A stretch of 64,000 nucleotides of DNA, from positions 287,010-351,009 of the forward strand of contig CAVTTX010000004.1 in assembly GCA_963737645.1 (NCBI GenBank). The letters are read 5' to 3'. The position numbers and the translations under genes are program-made. Position 1 is the first letter of the stretch. The number at the start of each line of letters is the position of its first letter. This stretch comes from Candidatus Acidiferrales bacterium. GTDB lineage: Bacteria; Acidobacteriota; Terriglobia; Acidiferrales; UBA7541. The notes beneath the pieces are model-generated. The model was given only the letters and a program-made list of their open reading frames with translations. It made no database searches and had not been told where the DNA came from. Below are positions 57,832-64,000 of the stretch, piece by piece.

Positions 57832-59321
57832 ATGAAAAAACTCGACTTAACTAAAGAGCAACGGAGCGAGCGCCTCAAGTGTGTGTTTCTTTTTGGGGGC
57901 GCCGCGGTAGTCGTCCTCCTCGTGCATCTCGCCACCAACGGCAACCTCGGCTTCCACACCGACGAGTTCTACTACATCGATTGTGGCCGGCATCCTGCAC
58001 TCGGATATGTCGACTTTCCGCCGATAGTCCCGCTCCTCGCGGGTCTGGAGACGGATCTCCTGGGAGCGACACCGTGGGCTCTCCGGTTGCTTCCGACGCT
58101 GTTGGGAGCGTTCATGGTTGTTCTCTCGGGCGCATACGTGCGGCGCCTTGGCGGCTCGCTCCGCCTGCAGGCCCTCGCCTTGTTGATCGCGGTCACAGCG
58201 CCCTACTTCCTCGGGCAAACTGGGTCTATCAGACTGTGACGTTCGATGAGGTCACCTGGATGGTCGGGCTCTATTGCTTTCTGTGCCTGGTTCTAGAGCG
58301 TCGGCCCAGGTATTGGATCTACCTAGGCATCTCGCTTGGCATCGGCCTTGAGGTCAAGTACACGATCGGAGGTCTGGTGGCTGCCATCGGGATCGCTATC
58401 CTCCTGACTCCCACGCTGCGCGCGGACCTGCGGACCCGGTATCCGTGGATCGCGGCCGGTATCGCACTGCTGATTTGGGCGCCAAACCTTGCGTGGCAGG
58501 TTGACAAAGGTTTCCCCTCGCTTGTCTACATAGCCAATCATCAGGGCTCCGGTGGTGGCCTCGTCGTCAACGTGCTCCTGATCGTGGTCTATCTCTTCTT
58601 CTTGATTCCGCTCTGGGTAGCGGGATTGGTGTCGCTGTTTCGCAGTGCCACCCTGCGGCCCGTCGGAATCGCCTGTCTTTTTCCTCTCGTCCTTTTCCTG
58701 TTCGTCGGCAAGTCCTACTACGCGGTGGGTACCGTGCCTATCGCCCTTGCTCAGGGGCTCGTGGCGATCGGGCGCGTGAAGCGGCCGAGGCTGCGCTCTG
58801 GTTTCCAAATCGCAGTTGCGGCTGCCTGCGTACTCCAGCTGCTCACGTTTGCTCGGTTGACACTTCCCATCACGCCGCCGGACCGGATTCACTCGCTTGG
58901 CCTCGACGCCAAGAATGAGCTTTTCGCCGACAGCGTGGGATGGCAGGACGTCGCGCACGAGGTCGAGTCGATATACGGCAATCTCCTCAGCTCGAAGCGA
59001 ACTGGAACGATCATCATCTCGGCCTTTTACGGTGTTCCCGGGGCGCTGCGGATCTATGGCGACAAGAGATCGCTCCCCGTGGTCGTCAGCCCTCAGCTGA
59101 GCGGCTGGTACTGGCTTCCCCGCGATCTGGCGGCGACGAACGCGCTGATGGTCGACTACGAACCGTCGGACGTTGGCTGGATGTGTTCATCCGCGACTCT
59201 GGTGGGGCACCTGACGGTTCCGTACGGCGTGCACGGCCTGGAGCAGGGCGCACCGGTAACGTTCTGCGTGCTAAAAGCCCCGATCTCGCAGGACTGGAAC
59301 CGGCTCCGCAACTTCTCCTGA
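57832..59321 (+). pseudogene. GT39/ArnT-like (GT-C) membrane glycosyltransferase with one frameshift near 58212
   Basis: GFHTDEFYY...GYVDFPP in the first frame continues as ANWVYQTVTFDEV...KYT...PNLAWQ in the second; one extra G restores LGANWVYQ. Confidence 0.8.
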
Positions 59322-59502
59322 GGATAGCAACAAATCGGCAAGGCACCGAGAAGAAGGGTGTTCCGTCGACCGGCTGAGCTGCTGTTACCGATTAACAAGA
59401 TCGCCAAAGTCTTACGGCAATCGCGGAGTTCGTTACCCCTCGAAGAAAACGAGTTCCAATAACAAGTGGGCTGCCATCACGCAGTTCTCATAGGCAGTTG
59501 CG

Positions 59503-59650
59503 TTAGGCAAAAGCCGAATAGGTCCGCGGATTCGCTGGCACTGCACTTGCTTCCGTACTACTGACCGCATAGAGGACCAACTCCACCCGGCTCGAGATGC
59601 CCAATTTGTCATAGATCCGCAGCAGGTAGTTCCGCACGGTGTGTTCGCTC
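59503..59650 (-). pseudogene. 3' remnant of a LuxR/NarL HTH regulator
   Basis: Hand translation: SEHTVRNYLLRIYDKLGISSRVELVLYAV; upstream part absent. Confidence 0.8.
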
Positions 59651-59779
59651 GCCTACCGCCTATCTACCCAAGTTCGTTCCATTTCTTGTGCGAGAACAAA
59701 TGACCCCTGATTCGCCGAAGTGTCGCGTTGTGGATTGAGGGCAAGATAACCTCACAACGACTGACAAAGGAGAACAATC

Positions 59780-60091
59780 ATGAAATCCAGAATCATTAAG
59801 ACCAAGAAGGTGATCGCGGTCGCGATCCTGCTGGGCCTGACCGCTGGCATTAGCACTGCGGCGGTGGAAGTCTGGGTCTTCGGCAACGGAGTTGAAACGG
59901 GACAAGACCGAGATAGTACAGATTCTCAGGCATACAACGATGCCACTACCCAAGCGAACGCAATTTGCCCGGGGTATATCGAAGGCAACTACATCAAGAC
60001 TGCGGACACCTGCGGCAATTTCGGGAGCGAGGACAATCCCAGTTGGATGTGCACGGTGTCAGTAAAGGCTCTGTGCAAGGCCGGGCGTTGA
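59780..60091 (+). CDS. Small secreted protein with four cysteines
   Basis: SD AAAGGAG; signal peptide; ICPG, TCG, MCT, LCK. Confidence 0.75.
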   Translation: MKSRIIKTKKVIAVAILLGLTAGISTAAVEVWVFGNGVETGQDRDSTDSQAYNDATTQANAICPGYIEGNYIKTADTCGNFGSEDNPSWMCTVSVKALCKAGR

Positions 60092-60240
60092 TGCGACGTT
60101 CGCCTCGACTGATTCCCATTCGGTTGCTTCGTTGGCTGGAGCGAGGCTTGGCCCTGCTCTGGCCAACCTCCGTGCACGGGCTCGTTCTCGAACACGTCCT
60201 GATCCTGGGGGTACCCTATAACGTGTTTCAATCAAGTCTC

Positions 60241-63200
60241 TCAATCACCTTGGTGACGGCCTTCGCGAGCTGCTACGGCATTGCGCGCGATCAGTGAGAA
60301 GCCCTTGCGAGTGGCATCCTTTTCTAATCCGACCAACCGTACCCGGCCAGCGACGTCCTGGCCAGACTTCATTTCGAGCTGGCCCAGAGCCAAGCGCGCT
60401 TCGAATTGATAAGGCACAAAACCAGTCTTCGTAGCTTCGTTCAAAACTCCCTGTAAAGTTGTTTTGGCTATCCCGGAATTCTCTAGAGCAGCTTGAACGC
60501 GACCAGCGGCTAGTGACCAATCCCACCGACATGAGACATTCTGAGATTCGGATGCCAACGATCTCGCGGCATCGATATTGTTCTGCGCTTCCGTCTTTTT
60601 ACCTAACAGGAGTGCCGTGCGGGCTAGCAGTGCATACGTGGAGATTTCGTCATCGATGTCTTTCTCCTCCTGAAACTCGGCCAACGCCTGACGGCCGAGA
60701 GCATCTGCTTCAGTGAGATCGCCTTCTTCAATATCCAAGCTGGCTAGTGCGATTCGAGTTTGAGCAGAGCCTTGTTTATCGTCGATCTCCTTGCCAAGCG
60801 CGAGCGCCTCTTCAATCTTTCGCCGTGCATCTTTCATGTTGCCCTGTGCGGAGAGCAGCCGCCCCCGGTTGCCAAGTGTGATGCGCATATACTTCTTTTG
60901 CCCTGTTTCCTTGAGGAGCCTCTCCGTCCGATTCAACAGATTCTCGACCGAAGCCAAGTCACCACGATCGAAAGCCACGGCCGACAGATTTAGCAAGGCA
61001 AATGATTCTGTTGCTTTGTCCTCGATCTGCTCAGCTATGGCGAGTCCTTCTTCAGCTTTGGCTTGCGATCGAGACAAATCTCCCAATGCTTCCAGTATTA
61101 ATCCGATGTTCAGGGCTCCGACGGCCAGGCCGCGCGTATCACCGATTTCGCGTAGAGTCGTGACGGTTTGCTCATGCATCTTCATGGCATCGCGCAAATC
61201 TCCAGTGGAGGACGAAAGATTCGCAAGGTTGCCAAATGAATAAGCCACGTTAGCTTGGTCCCCAACTTGGCGGAAGATGCGGAGTGCCTCTTGATAATTC
61301 GATTTTGCCCCGGCGAAGTCTCCCTGATAGTACATGAGGGTCGCAATATTGTTGATCGCTCTTGCGGCCGCAGCACGGTCACCGACTTTAGTGTAGATCT
61401 GCTGGGACTCCTTACAAATTGCAATCCCTTCTTCGCCTCGGCCCAACCGGCCGAGCGCATAGCATTCTTCTTGGAGCTCCTCGGCAGCGACCAGCGTGGC
61501 TCCCTGTTTACGGGCTTTTTCCACAGCGTCGGTCGCGATGGAGTGTACACGCTGGTAGTCTCCGAGGTTATCGACGGCCCAGATTTCTTGCAAATCAATC
61601 CTAGGGTCGTTGCCAATAGGGGGCGGCAGCTTCCTCAACGTCGCCAGCGTAGTGAGTGCTTCTTGGCCATTCCCAATGTGCGTCTGGGCGCTGGCAAGCG
61701 CCAAACCATATTGTAGGTCGTCGGGGTGAGCAAGAGCTAAAGTTCGATAGGCGTCCGCGGCTTTCTTCCATTCATGAGCTGTCTGACGATACTGTCCTTC
61801 TACCCAAAGCTGCTCATCGTGGCTGAGATTGCCCGAGAGCTCGACGGCCTTCCTGGCTTCCATCTGCGCATTGCCATCGTATCTGAGGGATCTCCAGGCT
61901 CCCGCCAAAGCCAAGTGACCAAGGGCAAAATTGGGATCGGCAACCACAGCCTTTTGCAACAAGTCTCGAGCTGTGACGTTCTCGAACGAACGCATTTTCG
62001 TCAACCCATCCGCATACAACCGCGCCGCCTGTGCATTCGAGGGTAATGTTGCTTTCACTTCGGATGCCTCAGCTGCAGAAACCTCGCCGGCACCGAGCTT
62101 GGAGCGCAGGTTGGCACCAGCTCGAGACACGAGATTAGCGATTTGCACCTCATCGCCGTTTACGCTAACGGAATCCAACAACTCTCCATTTGTCGCATCT
62201 TCCAGGTTCAGGTCCACGCGGACTTGTCCGTTGCCCATTGCGAGATAAGCGCCAACGATGATGTCGTCACAGCCGATGTTCCGGCGAATACTCTTAAGCG
62301 TTTTTGCGCCGTACGTGTCGGCATCTGGCAGTGCCAAGCTGATTTTCATTTGCGAGACTGTCTCGCCCGGAATTGTGCGGAGTTCTCCCCCGGCGGCAAG
62401 CTCGCTCGTGGTCATTTCCGAGAGCGCCGTCGAGAGATATGACACTTCCGGCCGACCGGAAAGATTTTTGAAGCCCAACACAGCCACGGATCGGCGCGGA
62501 TGGAAAGAAGTATTGGTGATCGACACGGTCCGTGCCCTTACTCTGTGTAGTGCATAGCCGATTCCGATACCAACGATTAAAAGGACCGTCAGTATTGAGA
62601 CCACTTGCCACAAAAAAACGTTCCGGGCAGTTATTCCGGGACTGCCCGCGGAAGATTGGCCCGATATCGCCCCGACCACCTCTTCTGCACCGGAAAAGCG
62701 TCTGGCTGGGTCGCGCTCCAGACAACGTAGGATGGCCGTCTCCCACGGCAAGCTCAAACCCGGTTGCAACTGACGCGGAGGCGTAGGAGGTTCCGACAAG
62801 CGCTTCAGGGCCGCGGAAGCTGGTGTTTCACCATGAAAAGGTCGAGCGCCGGTAACCATCTCGTAGATCACAAGACCGAAAGCGTAGATGTCGGAGGCGG
62901 CTGTGGAAGGTCGGCCCTCCAGTTGCTCCGGCGCCATGTACGCCGGCGTTCCTAGAATTCCCTGACCGGTCGACAAGGACACCGCCTCATCGGAAATCAG
63001 GGACTGGACGGCCAGTCCAAAATCGGTCACAACAGGCCGTAGGGTTTCCTGCCCTGCAGTGTGGACGAGCACAACATTCCCCGGCTTGAAATCCCTGTGC
63101 ACGACACCGACGGAATGTGCAGCGGCAAGAGCCGAGGCCATCTGCCGCACGAGTGGCAGCGCCTCGATCTCGCTCAGCCGCCCAGATTCTTTGAGGTGAA

Positions 63201-63741
63201 CAGCCAAAGTCTTCCCGTTCAAGAGCTCCATGCTGATGAAGACAGTCTCATCTTGCAGGTTTGCAACTTCCGGTTTATGTCGGAACAGGTCAAAGATCCG
63301 ACAAACATTCGGGTGGGTAACTTTTCGTGCCAAGTGAACCTCTCGCCGGAACCGCGCCACGGCGTTAGGCTGAGCCAGGACTTCCGGTCGAATCGTTTTT
63401 ATCGCGACCCGTTCGCGCAGCTCTTGATCCTCGGCCTCGTAAACCTCACCCATGCCGCCTCCGGCGATGAATCGGACAACGAGGAATCGCCCGGCCAGGA
63501 GTGTGCCTTCCAGTAGACCTTCGGTCGGAGGTTCGACCTTCGGGGTCAGATTGGCAAGTGCCGGGGTGGAAAGGAACTCTCCCGCTTTGTCGTGTTCCGC
63601 GAGGAGTCGCTCGACTTCCGCGCGCACCGTGGCATCGGGGCAGCGGCCTTGCAGGAATGCGGAACGCCGCGTCGAGTCTTCCTCCAGCGCGGCTTCAAAC
63701 AGTGACTTAATGGTCTCCCACTTCTCAGGGGAGAGTTCCAT
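60241..63741 (-). CDS. Membrane Hanks-type Ser/Thr kinase with extracytoplasmic TPR region
   Basis: GGGMGEVY, VAIK, HRDFKPGN, DFGLA, GTPAYMAPE; TM helix; SVAVLGFKNLS domain; TPR repeats. Confidence 0.95.
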   Translation of the reverse strand: MELSPEKWETIKSLFEAALEEDSTRRSAFLQGRCPDATVRAEVERLLAEHDKAGEFLSTPALANLTPKVEPPTEGLLEGTLLAGRFLVVRFIAGGGMGEVYEAEDQELRERVAIKTIRPEVLAQPNAVARFRREVHLARKVTHPNVCRIFDLFRHKPEVANLQDETVFISMELLNGKTLAVHLKESGRLSEIEALPLVRQMASALAAAHSVGVVHRDFKPGNVVLVHTAGQETLRPVVTDFGLAVQSLISDEAVSLSTGQGILGTPAYMAPEQLEGRPSTAASDIYAFGLVIYEMVTGARPFHGETPASAALKRLSEPPTPPRQLQPGLSLPWETAILRCLERDPARRFSGAEEVVGAISGQSSAGSPGITARNVFLWQVVSILTVLLIVGIGIGYALHRVRARTVSITNTSFHPRRSVAVLGFKNLSGRPEVSYLSTALSEMTTSELAAGGELRTIPGETVSQMKISLALPDADTYGAKTLKSIRRNIGCDDIIVGAYLAMGNGQVRVDLNLEDATNGELLDSVSVNGDEVQIANLVSRAGANLRSKLGAGEVSAAEASEVKATLPSNAQAARLYADGLTKMRSFENVTARDLLQKAVVADPNFALGHLALAGAWRSLRYDGNAQMEARKAVELSGNLSHDEQLWVEGQYRQTAHEWKKAADAYRTLALAHPDDLQYGLALASAQTHIGNGQEALTTLATLRKLPPPIGNDPRIDLQEIWAVDNLGDYQRVHSIATDAVEKARKQGATLVAAEELQEECYALGRLGRGEEGIAICKESQQIYTKVGDRAAAARAINNIATLMYYQGDFAGAKSNYQEALRIFRQVGDQANVAYSFGNLANLSSSTGDLRDAMKMHEQTVTTLREIGDTRGLAVGALNIGLILEALGDLSRSQAKAEEGLAIAEQIEDKATESFALLNLSAVAFDRGDLASVENLLNRTERLLKETGQKKYMRITLGNRGRLLSAQGNMKDARRKIEEALALGKEIDDKQGSAQTRIALASLDIEEGDLTEADALGRQALAEFQEEKDIDDEISTYALLARTALLLGKKTEAQNNIDAARSLASESQNVSCRWDWSLAAGRVQAALENSGIAKTTLQGVLNEATKTGFVPYQFEARLALGQLEMKSGQDVAGRVRLVGLEKDATRKGFSLIARNAVAAREGRHQGD

Positions 63742-64000
63742 GGTTCACCCTGAGCTCGCCGTGTAGCCAGGCCTTGGCAATGGCCCAATCCCGCTTCACG
63801 GTCTTCGGGGAAATTCCTAAGAACGCAGCCGTTTCTTCGACGCTCAATCCGCCAAAAAAACGCAACTCTACAATCTGACCCTGACGTGCATCAATCGTCG
63901 AAAGACGTTCGAGTGCGTCATCCAGTTTTACCAGGTCCTCGGAGCGCTCCGGAGAGAAGACAAGCGCTTCATTCAACGGCAAAACTTCCTTAGCTCCGCC
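63725..64000 (-). CDS. ECF sigma factor (TIGR02999-like, kinase-associated), C-terminal part
   Basis: LDDALERL...IVELRFFGGLSVEETA...TVKRDWAIAKAWL; overlaps the kinase start; runs off window. Confidence 0.9.
   Translation of the reverse strand, partial: GGAKEVLPLNEALVFSPERSEDLVKLDDALERLSTIDARQGQIVELRFFGGLSVEETAAFLGISPKTVKRDWAIAKAWLHGELRVNHGTLP

Noticed and set aside
614-63788. Many long antisense or alternate-frame ORFs (e.g. 614-1576, 37651-38427, 43463-43993, 45175-45924)
   Set aside because: They shadow well-supported genes, lack motifs and are expected in GC-rich coding DNA.
1-64000. CRISPR array, rRNA or tRNA genes
   Set aside because: No regularly spaced repeats or recognisable structural RNA gene sequences were seen by eye; a tRNAscan/Infernal run would be decisive.

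Overview
Bacterial chromosomal window, probably Acidobacteriota. This is inferred from an ADOP duplicated permease, an acidobacterial-type VWA protein and a TIGR02999-type ECF sigma/Ser-Thr kinase pair. (1) 1-20.9 kb: exosortase-associated Wzx/Wzy exopolysaccharide operon ending in exosortase, EpsI, a TPR lipoprotein and a PEP-CTERM substrate. (2) 21-41 kb: secreted tandem helix-hairpin-helix protein, LysM protein, ADOP permease, catabolic glgX-pgm-glgP cluster, orphan KdpD/KdpE-like pair, VWA protein and a lipase-fold protein lacking its catalytic serine. (3) 41.2-50.7 kb, minus strand, the most interesting part: Cyc2-like cytochrome-porin, diheme cytochrome c, amicyanin-loop blue-copper protein, and an A-family heme-copper oxidase (II, I, IIIa, IIIb, IV) plus a CxxC protein. 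This mirrors the Acidithiobacillus rus operon for Fe(II) oxidation. The oxidase keeps its D-channel but lacks the K-channel Lys/Thr and the Mg-site carboxylates. An IS110/IS1111-type element sits in codon 4 of the copper-protein gene. (4) 51-64 kb: decayed region with an IS3 in a glycosyltransferase, a second IS110 and several gene remnants, then an STK-TPR kinase and ECF sigma. Both IS110 elements carry right-end sequences matching their own insertion sites, the signature of bridge/seek RNAs. No rRNA, tRNA or CRISPR array was seen. All family calls are by motif recognition by eye; no searches were run.
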